Shown: piece after piece, positions 40,971-49,841 of the stretch
Layout: the number at the start of each line of letters is the position of its first letter
Numbering within the stretch: position 1 is the stretch's first letter
IMG/VR virus record: IMGVR_UViG_3300028557_002174
Location: 1 to 64,000 of that record
Source: an uncultured virus (IMG/VR IMGVR_UViG_3300028557_002174)
Taxonomy: Duplodnaviria > Heunggongvirae > Uroviricota > Caudoviricetes
Length of the DNA: 64,000 nucleotides
Reading direction: 5' to 3' (one strand)
Position numbers and translations under genes: made by a program
Notes under the pieces: generated by a model
The model's input: only the letters and a program-made list of their open reading frames with translations
Databases searched by the model: none
Told to the model about the DNA's origin: nothing

Positions 40971-41438
40971 ATGGAGAATTTTTATAATTGGATGTCCAAG
41001 TCACTTCCGTTTAGTGAAGTTGATATATGGTTCAGCGTGCATAACATCATCCCGGAAAGAGTTGAACTTTTCGGCGATATCTTCAACTCTTTAGCGATTT
41101 TAATAATTGATACATATTTTGGTGAGGAAAGTCACGAAACTAAAGTAGTATTATCCAACCACGATAAGAAGAACCATTTTGATTGGTGTTGGAGTAAAAT
41201 GATAAAAGATTATGAAAAAGAAAACATATTGATTGACTCTGATGGTGAGCACAAAGAATATTTGTGGAATTTCTTTCACGATAGTTTTTACTCACAATCT
41301 CAAGGTAATTATCGGGAAGCAATTCCTGAATTTATTGAGGAGTTGTTTGATTTAAATAAACCGTTCGCAAAATCTGATTTAGATATTTTAACCGAATTAT
41401 ACAAAACATTACAAAATAAAGTAATTCATATTGGTTAA
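40971..41438 (+). CDS. Hypothetical protein
   Basis: 155-aa ORF. Confidence 0.65.
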   Translation: MENFYNWMSKSLPFSEVDIWFSVHNIIPERVELFGDIFNSLAILIIDTYFGEESHETKVVLSNHDKKNHFDWCWSKMIKDYEKENILIDSDGEHKEYLWNFFHDSFYSQSQGNYREAIPEFIEELFDLNKPFAKSDLDILTELYKTLQNKVIHIG

Positions 41439-41486
41439 TCTATTGACGAGAGAACATAATCCACTATTTTTAATTTAAAATAATTT

Positions 41487-41660
41487 ATGGAAACATTACA
41501 AAAAATTAAGGAAGCTTGTGAAACTCTATCTGTTGATTCAGAAAAGTTCTACAAAGGTAACAAGAGCGCTGGTACAAGAGCTCGTAAATCTGCTCAAGAA
41601 CTTAAGAGTTTACTACAACAATTAAGAGCTGAAATTTTGGAACATTCAAAAAAAGACTAA
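41487..41660 (+). CDS. Histone H1-like (Hc1-family) nucleoid protein, 57 aa, absent from the ORF track
   Basis: Hand translation METLQKIKEACETLSVDSEKFYKGNKSAGTRARKSAQELKSLLQQLRAEILEHSKKD; GNK.AGTRARK is the Hc1-type motif. Confidence 0.8.
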   Translation: METLQKIKEACETLSVDSEKFYKGNKSAGTRARKSAQELKSLLQQLRAEILEHSKKD

Positions 41661-41661
41661 T

Positions 41662-41841
41662 ATGTTTAATACGGACACACTGTTCTTATTTATTTTTATT
41701 TTTTCATTGTTTGTCCTATTCAAAAATTTCATTAAGCTCATGGGTATCCTATTGGGGAAAGAAATTGATTTCTCCAGTAGGGACCTTTTGTTTTTTGGAC
41801 TTTCCTTGAGTTATATTATCACTTATATTATTAGGACATGA
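41662..41841 (+). CDS. Small two-TM membrane protein, 59 aa, absent from the ORF track
   Basis: MFNTDTLFLFIFIFSLFVLFKNF...LLFFGLSLSYIITYIIRT; ATGA overlap with the next gene. Confidence 0.6.
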   Translation: MFNTDTLFLFIFIFSLFVLFKNFIKLMGILLGKEIDFSSRDLLFFGLSLSYIITYIIRT

Positions 41842-42266
41842 CACTTTATACAGTATTAAATCAGTTTGAAAATTTTTTCGTTGCAATAAGACGACTTGAG
41901 ACTCATATGAGTCTAGATGTTAAATTCCCAGCTAACTGGTCAATGCCAAAGAGTACTACAACAGAATTTCAAGTAGTTCCTTTTGATTATAAAGAAGAAG
42001 GTTGGAGAGGAATGAGTTTTGTTTGTGAGTTTGATGAAAAGACTGTTCAGAAAAACGTTGAAATGATTCTCAAGGTAATTAAGTTGAACCGAGAAAGAGA
42101 AGAGAAAGAGAGACTATTTCATAATGTAGTCGCAGAGTTGAAAAAGACTTTTGAAAAAACTGATTTGAAACATTTACAAAATCTTTCAATTGGATTTGAT
42201 GAAACCGCAAATTTAAATGTTGAGACAGATGAACCACAAGGAGAAACTATTGGACTGGCTGAATAA
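41838..42266 (+). CDS. Hypothetical protein
   Basis: 142-aa ORF, translationally coupled. Confidence 0.65.
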   Translation: MTLYTVLNQFENFFVAIRRLETHMSLDVKFPANWSMPKSTTTEFQVVPFDYKEEGWRGMSFVCEFDEKTVQKNVEMILKVIKLNREREEKERLFHNVVAELKKTFEKTDLKHLQNLSIGFDETANLNVETDEPQGETIGLAE

Positions 42267-42411
42267 GGAAAAACAAAAAGACCAAGCTGAGTTGATGAGG
42301 GAAAAGGAAAGATTTACTCAACAACTCATTCAAATGAAAAAAACTGATTTATTTCAAAAACCGAAAAATTCAATATGGAACAGAATACAGAAGCTCCTTT
42401 GGGGGAATTAG
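42229..42411 (+). CDS. Small hypothetical protein
   Basis: Overlapping chain of short ORFs; ATG at 42229. Confidence 0.5.
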   Translation: MNHKEKLLDWLNKEKQKDQAELMREKERFTQQLIQMKKTDLFQKPKNSIWNRIQKLLWGN

Positions 42412-42650
42412 AAAAATTAGCGTTGTTATCTGACGCAATCAATGACCTATTTCCAAATTATGATAGGATGATGGTTTTTGAATTAGATAAACCCGAATAC
42501 GACAAAATCTTAGGTCATTTCAGGGAGATTGATAGACATCACAAACAGTTCTTGATTGATATCTCAGGTGTTGAATTTTACTTCATGTTGAAAAAAGAGG
42601 TTGAGGAAACTCCCAAAGAAACTCTTGAGGAGCCTACCGAGGAAAAGTAG
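42375..42650 (+). CDS. Hypothetical protein
   Basis: 91-aa acidic ORF. Confidence 0.6.
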   Translation: MEQNTEAPLGELEKLALLSDAINDLFPNYDRMMVFELDKPEYDKILGHFREIDRHHKQFLIDISGVEFYFMLKKEVEETPKETLEEPTEEK

Positions 42651-43281
42651 TGTATTGTCTGTAAAGTAGTTTTTTATCAAACCCATTACTATTTAAAAAA
42701 TCTATTAAATATTTTTTCTGAGCCGTTGATGTGTCTTTTACAATAAGACAGTCTTTCTTTTGTGATTTTATAAAGTGTTCGGTAAGACAATCAAGTAATC
42801 TTGATGTCTCAGATGGTGACTTAGTTGTAAATACTGAAAAATCATCATCTTTTTGTATGATGATTTTATTGTGTAGTGAGTTAATCATCTTTAGACCGTC
42901 ACCCCTTAAATGTTTTGAAATTAATTGTGATACTGTGACCTTCTTTTTGTTTTTGATATCGTAAATCTTTTCTTCTTGATTGTATATGGATACCTTAATT
43001 AGTCCCCATTTATTATCAATCAATTGTATTTTGACATTCCTACCAAATTCATCGGTGGTGTATTGTGGAATATCAGACTTATAACCATCTTGGAGTATAC
43101 CCAATTCAAATTTACATTCTACAGTACCCTCAATTTGTTTTGGGAAGATAACTTTGTCAGATTCTTCCAATAATAAATTAAAAAAGTTTTCACAATTTTT
43201 GAAATTGTTAAACTTCTTTATTATCTTTTTCTTAACCTTATCTTTGAAAAGAACTATTTGATACTTTGGATTTACTAACAT
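42634..43281 (-). CDS. Hypothetical basic protein
   Basis: 215-aa ORF, divergent from dnaJ with overlapping starts. Confidence 0.6.
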   Translation of the reverse strand: MLVNPKYQIVLFKDKVKKKIIKKFNNFKNCENFFNLLLEESDKVIFPKQIEGTVECKFELGILQDGYKSDIPQYTTDEFGRNVKIQLIDNKWGLIKVSIYNQEEKIYDIKNKKKVTVSQLISKHLRGDGLKMINSLHNKIIIQKDDDFSVFTTKSPSETSRLLDCLTEHFIKSQKKDCLIVKDTSTAQKKYLIDFLNSNGFDKKLLYRQYTTFPR

Positions 43282-44206
43282 GAAAGATTACTATGAAATA
43301 TTAGGTGTGCAGGACAATGCCACTGATGAAGAACTTAAACGTGCTTATAGAAAATTGTCTAAACAATACCATCCTGATGTTAATCCTGAGGGTGGTGAAA
43401 AATTTCGTGAAATAGCCGAAGCCTACGACGTTCTTTCAGACCCTACTAAAAAGAATAACTACTTAAGCCAGAAAAACAACCCATTTAATGGAACTGAATT
43501 TGAGGATTTCTTTAAAAACATGTTTAGTGGGGGTCAAAGACCACAAAGTCCAAGAAAAAATGCCGATAAGATTGTCAAACTAAACCTCACACCGATAGAT
43601 TCGTATAAGGGTGTGGAGAAAGACTTAAACTTCCAACGAAACCATCCGTGTGGTGATTGTAGGGGTAGTGGTGGTGATAGAGTCACGTGTCATCACTGTC
43701 AAGGTCAAGGATTCACTACTCAAGTTATGGGTTCAGGATTCTTACAACAAGTTGTTAGACGTGGATGTGGACACTGTGGTACGACAGGTTCAATCCTAAC
43801 AAAATATTGTAATTCATGTAGTGGTGTTGGTACCAAACCAAAATTTGAAACCATTAAAATTACCATCCCAAAGAATGTTGATGACGGTCAGTTCCTACGT
43901 ATTTCTCAAAAGGGTGATTTCTCATATGGTTTCTATGGTGATTTGATAATTCAGGTTGTTATGGACAACACAAAAGAGTTTCAAAAGATGGGTAATGATT
44001 TGATTTATAATTTAGAGTTCAATTATGATGAACTTAAAAATGATGTATATCATATCCCACACCCTGATGGTGATATTAAAATTCCGTCACCAAATGAATT
44101 TGATACAAACAAACCTTTAAGACTTAAAGGTAAAGGTTACCCAACAGGGGATATGTATGTCAAATTGAGAGTTAAGTTCAACAAATCTGATTTGAATTCT
44201 AATTGA
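43280..44206 (+). CDS. dnaJ: DnaJ (type I) co-chaperone
   Basis: J domain with HPD, four CxxCxGxG-type repeats, C-terminal GDL/GDM domains. Confidence 0.95.
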   Translation: MKDYYEILGVQDNATDEELKRAYRKLSKQYHPDVNPEGGEKFREIAEAYDVLSDPTKKNNYLSQKNNPFNGTEFEDFFKNMFSGGQRPQSPRKNADKIVKLNLTPIDSYKGVEKDLNFQRNHPCGDCRGSGGDRVTCHHCQGQGFTTQVMGSGFLQQVVRRGCGHCGTTGSILTKYCNSCSGVGTKPKFETIKITIPKNVDDGQFLRISQKGDFSYGFYGDLIIQVVMDNTKEFQKMGNDLIYNLEFNYDELKNDVYHIPHPDGDIKIPSPNEFDTNKPLRLKGKGYPTGDMYVKLRVKFNKSDLNSN

Positions 44207-44222
44207 TGGTATTTATGATTGT

Positions 44223-45110
44223 ATGAAAACAATCAACGAGGGTTCCAAAAGAGTTAAGTTAAATCAAAGAACCATATCCGACATCAAAAATGTTATTGAT
44301 GTTATTTGGAAAGACTATGAAGACTTGGATGATGAAAATCCGTTGAAAGGTACAATTTATGTCAATGACCCATCGGGTGCTGAGTTTGATATACCAGTTT
44401 ATTATTTAAGTGACTTTAGTGAACAGGGGGCAGTTTTTCAACACGACCCAACCAAACCACGTTCTTTAGATAACCTTTTTATGGTTGTCAATCCTGATAA
44501 AGTTTTAATACCAAATAAGAAGTCCCTATACAATGTAATCTATCACGAAATTCAACACGTTAATGATTTGAACACGACTCTTTATTTAAGTCCTAAACAA
44601 ATAGAAAAATATAAAAGTGCTGGTAGTGATGAATATTGGGGGCATGATTTTGAATTTAGAGCGTACAGTAATGAAATCTTAGAGGGGATTGTCAATGAGT
44701 ATAAAAGTCTTTTAGGTGTTAAAACAAAACAAGAGTTACTCAACAGTTTAAAATCCTTGGTGAAATATTTTGCAGCTAAAGGTGAGGCTGATGAGATTGC
44801 TAAAAATGTTCTGTTAGATATTTCATCAGAATCCTTAGATGAAGAGTTACCACACGTAATTCAAGTTTTAATGCTCATCAAGACAAACAACCCTAAAATG
44901 TGGGGGGAATTTCTTAAGATGTTGTATTCAACCGTAATTGAAATTTCTACGGATATTAAAAATTATAAGACTGGCAATGAACTTAAAGAAGACAGTAAGT
45001 TCAAGAAACCAAGAAAGTATGGTAAGTCATATTGTGAAAAAACCCCATGTGGGGACATGGGGTTCAGTCAAAAAGCCTCTTGTAGACCTTATAAGAACTG
45101 TTATGACTAA
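44223..45110 (+). CDS. Hypothetical protein with an HExxH (zincin-like) motif and a C-terminal four-Cys module
   Basis: IYHEIQHVND...EFRAY; tail YCEKTPC..MGFSQKASCRPYKNC; TATTTAT at 44210. Confidence 0.55.
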   Translation: MKTINEGSKRVKLNQRTISDIKNVIDVIWKDYEDLDDENPLKGTIYVNDPSGAEFDIPVYYLSDFSEQGAVFQHDPTKPRSLDNLFMVVNPDKVLIPNKKSLYNVIYHEIQHVNDLNTTLYLSPKQIEKYKSAGSDEYWGHDFEFRAYSNEILEGIVNEYKSLLGVKTKQELLNSLKSLVKYFAAKGEADEIAKNVLLDISSESLDEELPHVIQVLMLIKTNNPKMWGEFLKMLYSTVIEISTDIKNYKTGNELKEDSKFKKPRKYGKSYCEKTPCGDMGFSQKASCRPYKNCYD

Positions 45111-45341
45111 TTACTTATTGTTTTGGATTCTTCTATAATCCTCCTCAGTAATAGTGGTTCTTGATACAATTACGTAAAAATCACCGTTTCGTTCAACCCA
45201 ACGTTCTCTGTGAATTGGTCGCACTGGAGACATCACTTCTGTATTGTGTTGTCTTTTGTGTTTCTTCTTTCCTTTTCCGCCTTGAGCGAATGATGGTAAT
45301 ATCATTAATCCCATCATCATAACCAAAAATATTTTTTTCAT
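45111..45341 (-). CDS. Small secreted protein
   Basis: MKKIFLVMMMGLMILPSFA-Q signal peptide with Gln at +1. Confidence 0.6.
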   Translation of the reverse strand: MKKIFLVMMMGLMILPSFAQGGKGKKKHKRQHNTEVMSPVRPIHRERWVERNGDFYVIVSRTTITEEDYRRIQNNK

Positions 45342-45521
45342 GTGTTTATAGATTTATTGGTTTATGAAAAGTGTTAACACTCTCTTAACATAAATATAAC
45401 ATTTACTACACATAATACAAGTCAGATGAAAAATTTAACATTGGAAACTTGCTTTTGGTTTTTTGTTAGATAAATTTGATTTTTGACGCACTTTTATTAT
45501 ATTTTGTAATATTTATACTAT

Positions 45522-45680
45522 ATGACAAAAATTGGAAGACCTAATAAAGAAGATAAAGATAAAAAAGTAAAATACGGAATTAGTATTGATAAACATCTTT
45601 TTGACAAATTAAAAAACGAAAAAGTTAGTATATCTAAATTCATTCAAAACTTAGTTAAAGAATATTATGAGAAAATATAA
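45522..45680 (+). CDS. Small ribbon-helix-helix-like DNA-binding protein, 52 aa, absent from the ORF track
   Basis: MTKIGRPNKEDKDKKVKYGISIDKHLFDKLKNEKVSISKFIQNLVKEYYEKI; TATTTAT at 45510; overlaps the endonuclease start. Confidence 0.6.
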   Translation: MTKIGRPNKEDKDKKVKYGISIDKHLFDKLKNEKVSISKFIQNLVKEYYEKI

Positions 45681-46278
45681 TTTTAATGAGTGTTTTTTTC
45701 ATGATTTAAATGAAAAATCGGCGTATTGGTTGGGGTTTTTATATGCCGATGGTTACGTAAGAATGAAAGATGGTAAAAGTGGTGAGATAAAATTAAAACT
45801 AAAAAATACTGATAAAAACCACATTGAAAAATTTCTTAAAGACATAGAATGTGAAAAACCAATAAAATGTGGTGTTGACGGTAAATCTGAATATTGTATG
45901 GTTACGTTATATTCAAATTTATTAGTTAATAAACTATTTGAGTTAGGATGTGTTAATAATAAAACTCAAAAAATATTGTTACCAAAATTAGATGAGCCAC
46001 ACATGTCTCATTTTATTAGGGGATATTTTGACGGAGATGGAAGTATTCACAAAGTAAAAAACAGAACTAATTCATTTTCTGTTAGTATATGTTCAAATAA
46101 TAATTTCAATGATGATATAGTTAATTTTTTTGGATATGGTAAATCGTATAAATATGAAAATTATTCTATCGTAAAAATTAGTAAAATTATGGATATTATG
46201 AAATTTAGAGATTATATTTACTCAAACGCGGTGACCTTCTTAGAAAGAAAATTTATAAAATTCAAACAAATAATATAA
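45667..46278 (+). CDS. Free-standing LAGLIDADG homing endonuclease
   Basis: Two motifs: AYWLGFLYADG and FIRGYFDGDG. No intein splice residues. Confidence 0.88.
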   Translation: MRKYNFNECFFHDLNEKSAYWLGFLYADGYVRMKDGKSGEIKLKLKNTDKNHIEKFLKDIECEKPIKCGVDGKSEYCMVTLYSNLLVNKLFELGCVNNKTQKILLPKLDEPHMSHFIRGYFDGDGSIHKVKNRTNSFSVSICSNNNFNDDIVNFFGYGKSYKYENYSIVKISKIMDIMKFRDYIYSNAVTFLERKFIKFKQII

Positions 46279-46279
46279 A

Positions 46280-47128
46280 ATGGCATTATCATATATTGGT
46301 GGAAAATCTAAAATAGGTAAATGGATTGTACCATTTATTCCTAAAGACATTGAAACATATGTTGAACCTTTTTCAGGTATGTTTTGGGTATTTTTTAATA
46401 TGGAATTAAAAGAATACCCTAATTTAAAGAAAGTTGTTTATAATGACTTTAATCCTCTTAATTACAATTTATTTCAGTGTTTAAGTAATCCTGATAAATT
46501 ATTAAAAGAATGTGAAAAAATAGAAGTCCAAAAAAAAGGTGTAACACCAACTAATTCTATTTGCGAACAACAATTTGTAAGTTTTCAAATCGAAATATTT
46601 GCTAAAAATTTTATTATAAAACAATTTGATTATGAGGTTGCTGCTAAATATGCTTATGTAATATCTCAAGTATTTTCAGGTGCAAATCCTGAAAAATCAA
46701 AATTTATTGATTTAAAAGGTAAATACCATTCAAAATTCACTTCTTTCAAAAATAAATTAAGTAAACCAATTTGGATTGAACATTTTTTGAAAATAACCCA
46801 TATTGAAAATATGGATTTTCAAACTGTTATTGAAAAATATGATTCACCCGAAACATATTTTTACACAGACCCACCATATTATATTGTTGGCGAAGGTTCA
46901 TATTATTCTAATCATGACTTTGATAGGAAAGACCACGAAAGATTGGCAAATGTTCTCCAAAAAGTTCAAGGTAAGTTCTCGTTGTCTTACTATGACTTTG
47001 AATTATTACACGATTGGTTTCCTGAAAACCAATATCGTTGGGTAAAAAAAGAGTTTGCCAAAGCGGCAGCGGCAAAAAAAGGTAAAACACAAAATATGGG
47101 AGAAGAGTTATTAATAATGAATTATTAA
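46280..47128 (+). CDS. dam: DNA adenine methyltransferase (Dam/D12 class)
   Basis: YIGGKS, YVEPFSG, VYND, FYTDPPY, ELLIMNY. Confidence 0.9.
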   Translation: MALSYIGGKSKIGKWIVPFIPKDIETYVEPFSGMFWVFFNMELKEYPNLKKVVYNDFNPLNYNLFQCLSNPDKLLKECEKIEVQKKGVTPTNSICEQQFVSFQIEIFAKNFIIKQFDYEVAAKYAYVISQVFSGANPEKSKFIDLKGKYHSKFTSFKNKLSKPIWIEHFLKITHIENMDFQTVIEKYDSPETYFYTDPPYYIVGEGSYYSNHDFDRKDHERLANVLQKVQGKFSLSYYDFELLHDWFPENQYRWVKKEFAKAAAAKKGKTQNMGEELLIMNY

Positions 47129-47171
47129 TATTTCTTGTAAGGTTGTATATTTATTATTAAACATAATAACG

Positions 47172-48503
47172 ATGAAATTCACGTCAGTATTAAAACAAAT
47201 AATTTTAGAACAGTCAAGATTTGAAATCTTGATGAACAAGTATGTAAAACCTAATAAAAAGGGTGAGAACGTTATTGCTCCAAAAATGAAAAAAGATGAG
47301 CTTTACAAACTTATCAATGCCGACCCTACATCAAGATTGAATAATGTTAATTTAGACAATGCAACTAAAGAAGAATTGGAAAAGGTTAAAGTTGGTGAAT
47401 ACACACCGTGGTTAATCAAACAATATTTAAATCCTACAACAGAACGTGCATTTGGTGATTATGGTTTTGACCAGGAAGTAAAGGTCATGAAAGACCGTTT
47501 CATGGAAGACCTTTATAAGGTTACTGATGACTTGAAAAAGTTTCACAGATTTAAGGGTAGAGTTCCTGTTGAACAAAGAGATATTAATAAATTGAGTGTG
47601 GATGCATTATATGATGCGATTAAGGACTTTGATTTAACTTTGGCGGTAACAACAAAGGCTGAAAGAAAGAGTCTTCCTGTTCACCCTGGTGCTGACTCAA
47701 GTTATGATGGTGAAACATGGAAAGTTGTAAAAATTGAAGATAAGGGTGAAAGAGGTAAAGAAGCTGCATGTTTCTATGGTGGTAATCAACAAGAGACGAG
47801 ATGGTGTACTTCTGCACCTGGTTTAAGTTGGTTTAACAATTACATCAAGGACGGACCTTTATATGTTGTGTACAATCCAAATGACCCTAAGATATCTGCA
47901 CAAACAGGATTACCAATTGAAAGATACCAATTTCACTTCCCTTCTAATCAGTTTATGGATAAAGATGATAGAAGTGTTAATTTGGTGGACTTATTAAACG
48001 GTCCTATGGCAGAACTTAAGCAATACTTCAAACCTGAATTTGCAAAAGGTTTGACGGCAGGTTCTGGTAAAGATTTGAAGATTGATGGATTTGGTTCAGG
48101 TTCTGTTGGTAAGTTTGTAGGTCTTTATGGATTGGAAGAATTGTTTAATTCATTACCTGATACATTAGAACAAATCAAAATTAAGAATAAAGACAACGCT
48201 GGTACTATTATCACTATCCCACCTTCAATTACAAGGTTCAAAAATCTTAAACACTTGGTGTTGGTAAATTGTATTAATAATGTACCTGATTACATTTGTC
48301 AGTTGAACAACTTGAATATTTTAGGTGTTATGAGTAATCCTCAACTAACAAGTCTACCTGAATGTTTAGGAACCATGGAAAACTTGGAATTCATTAACTT
48401 TAAGGACACAGGAGTATCTGCACCAAAGTCATTAGAGGCGAATGGTTGGTCTGAAATGGAAACAGGTATGTGGGATAAGTTCTCACAAGATGATGAAGTC
48501 TAA
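47172..48503 (+). CDS. 'WCT'-domain protein with C-terminal leucine-rich repeats
   Basis: YGG...TRWCTSAP, YQFHF...QFMD; C-terminal IPPSITRFKNLKHLVL, VPDYICQLNNLNILGV, LPECLGTMENLEFINF; TATTTAT at 47148. Confidence 0.7.
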   Translation: MKFTSVLKQIILEQSRFEILMNKYVKPNKKGENVIAPKMKKDELYKLINADPTSRLNNVNLDNATKEELEKVKVGEYTPWLIKQYLNPTTERAFGDYGFDQEVKVMKDRFMEDLYKVTDDLKKFHRFKGRVPVEQRDINKLSVDALYDAIKDFDLTLAVTTKAERKSLPVHPGADSSYDGETWKVVKIEDKGERGKEAACFYGGNQQETRWCTSAPGLSWFNNYIKDGPLYVVYNPNDPKISAQTGLPIERYQFHFPSNQFMDKDDRSVNLVDLLNGPMAELKQYFKPEFAKGLTAGSGKDLKIDGFGSGSVGKFVGLYGLEELFNSLPDTLEQIKIKNKDNAGTIITIPPSITRFKNLKHLVLVNCINNVPDYICQLNNLNILGVMSNPQLTSLPECLGTMENLEFINFKDTGVSAPKSLEANGWSEMETGMWDKFSQDDEV

Positions 48504-48520
48504 TATTTGATTTTTGTATT

Positions 48521-48799
48521 ATGAACGTAGATGTTCAAATCTATTTATCTGAATTTAAAAGGTTCTTTAATCAGAACCCTGATGATTTGGCAAATCTCAT
48601 ACCTTTAAATCTAAAAGATGATTTTTATGAAAAGGTCAGGGAGGTTGCAGATTCTAACGTTGAAGATGGTAGAGAAATATCTCTTACTCAAAAACAACTT
48701 ATTGACATTTGTGTAATGATTAATGGTGGTTCTAAAAAGAAATCAAAAATTGAGTCATTCATACTTGAAACAAAATTCGGAAATATTTTCCTAAACTAA
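48521..48799 (+). CDS. Hypothetical protein
   Basis: 92-aa ORF. Confidence 0.65.
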   Translation: MNVDVQIYLSEFKRFFNQNPDDLANLIPLNLKDDFYEKVREVADSNVEDGREISLTQKQLIDICVMINGGSKKKSKIESFILETKFGNIFLN

Positions 48800-48835
48800 G
48801 TTTTTCATTTAATTTTTTAATTTAAATTTAACAGT

Positions 48836-49150
48836 ATGTTTCCAAAACACCATTTCGTTGTACGAAAAATTGAAGAGTCTACCGATAAAATATTTTCGGT
48901 GATAAGAAGTATAAATTGTGGTTTACCAAATACAGACAATGGTAAAATTACCTGTCTTTATTTTGATAAGGTTCACACTTCAGAGGAATATCGTGAGATT
49001 ATTTACAAGACCATCAACGGATTTATATTACATTACGTAAGAGGTGGGGGTCCGACATATACTATGGATATTTATTTTTATCCTGAACAAACAACAGATG
49101 TAAATTTCTTTATTAAAAGTCTAATAACAAAAAAAAATACAAATATTTAA
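48836..49150 (+). CDS. Hypothetical protein
   Basis: 104-aa ORF. Confidence 0.55.
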   Translation: MFPKHHFVVRKIEESTDKIFSVIRSINCGLPNTDNGKITCLYFDKVHTSEEYREIIYKTINGFILHYVRGGGPTYTMDIYFYPEQTTDVNFFIKSLITKKNTNI

Positions 49151-49154
49151 AATT

Positions 49155-49466
49155 ATGAAACAACTTACCGCAGAGGAGATTAAAGTAAAAATTGCAAACA
49201 AAGAGACTTTCTTTTTGGATATGTACGCCACTTGGTGTGGACCATGTAAAGTATTAATGGGTAACATGCAAAAACTTGCAGACAGTGGTCAAGAACTCCC
49301 AATGGAGATGTTCAAATATGATGTGGACTCAAACCGTGAATTAACATCAGAGATGGGAATCCGTTCAGTACCCACAGTAAAAATTTTCAAAGATGGTGAA
49401 GTAGTTAAAACTAATTCAGGAGTTTTGACACAACAACAGATAATGGAACTTATGGGACAGTATTAA
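49155..49466 (+). CDS. trxA: Thioredoxin
   Basis: YATWCGPCK, DVD, IRSVPT. Confidence 0.93.
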   Translation: MKQLTAEEIKVKIANKETFFLDMYATWCGPCKVLMGNMQKLADSGQELPMEMFKYDVDSNRELTSEMGIRSVPTVKIFKDGEVVKTNSGVLTQQQIMELMGQY

Positions 49467-49747
49467 TGACTACGGTTGTTGTTTATACTATGAAGGGATG
49501 TCCTTTCTGCACGGAGTTTAAGGACTTACTTAAAGAAAATAAGATTAAGTTTGTTGACAGAGATATTGACAAATATTCGGAAGAGTATGATTTATTTATT
49601 AAAGCCACTGAAAATGAATACATACCTGCTTTAATGATAATTAAAGATGGTGGTGAAAAACGTAAATCATTTTTATACGCACCCGAAAGAGATTATAATG
49701 AGCTCACCGAGGCATTGGACATAGTAAAAAAACATTTAATAAAATAA
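49466..49747 (+). CDS. Glutaredoxin-like protein
   Basis: VYTMKGCPFC, cis-Pro motif YIPA. Confidence 0.85.
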   Translation: MTTVVVYTMKGCPFCTEFKDLLKENKIKFVDRDIDKYSEEYDLFIKATENEYIPALMIIKDGGEKRKSFLYAPERDYNELTEALDIVKKHLIK

Positions 49748-49750
49748 TTT

Positions 49751-49774
49751 AAGGATGGGTGACCATCCTTTTTT
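49751..49774 (+). terminator. Intrinsic terminator
   Basis: aaggatgg-gtga-ccatcctt hairpin followed by a T-run, just after the glutaredoxin stop. Confidence 0.85.
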
Positions 49775-49841
49775 ATTTTATTGTTTTTTCCTTGATTTGT
49801 TTTAGAACTCATTGTATTTATAGAGAGTATAAAATCCAAAG

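Noticed and set aside
45667..46278. Intein or group I intron around the LAGLIDADG ORF
   Set aside because: There are no Cys/Ser start and His-Asn end, the flanking genes appear intact, and there is no non-coding room for an intron core.
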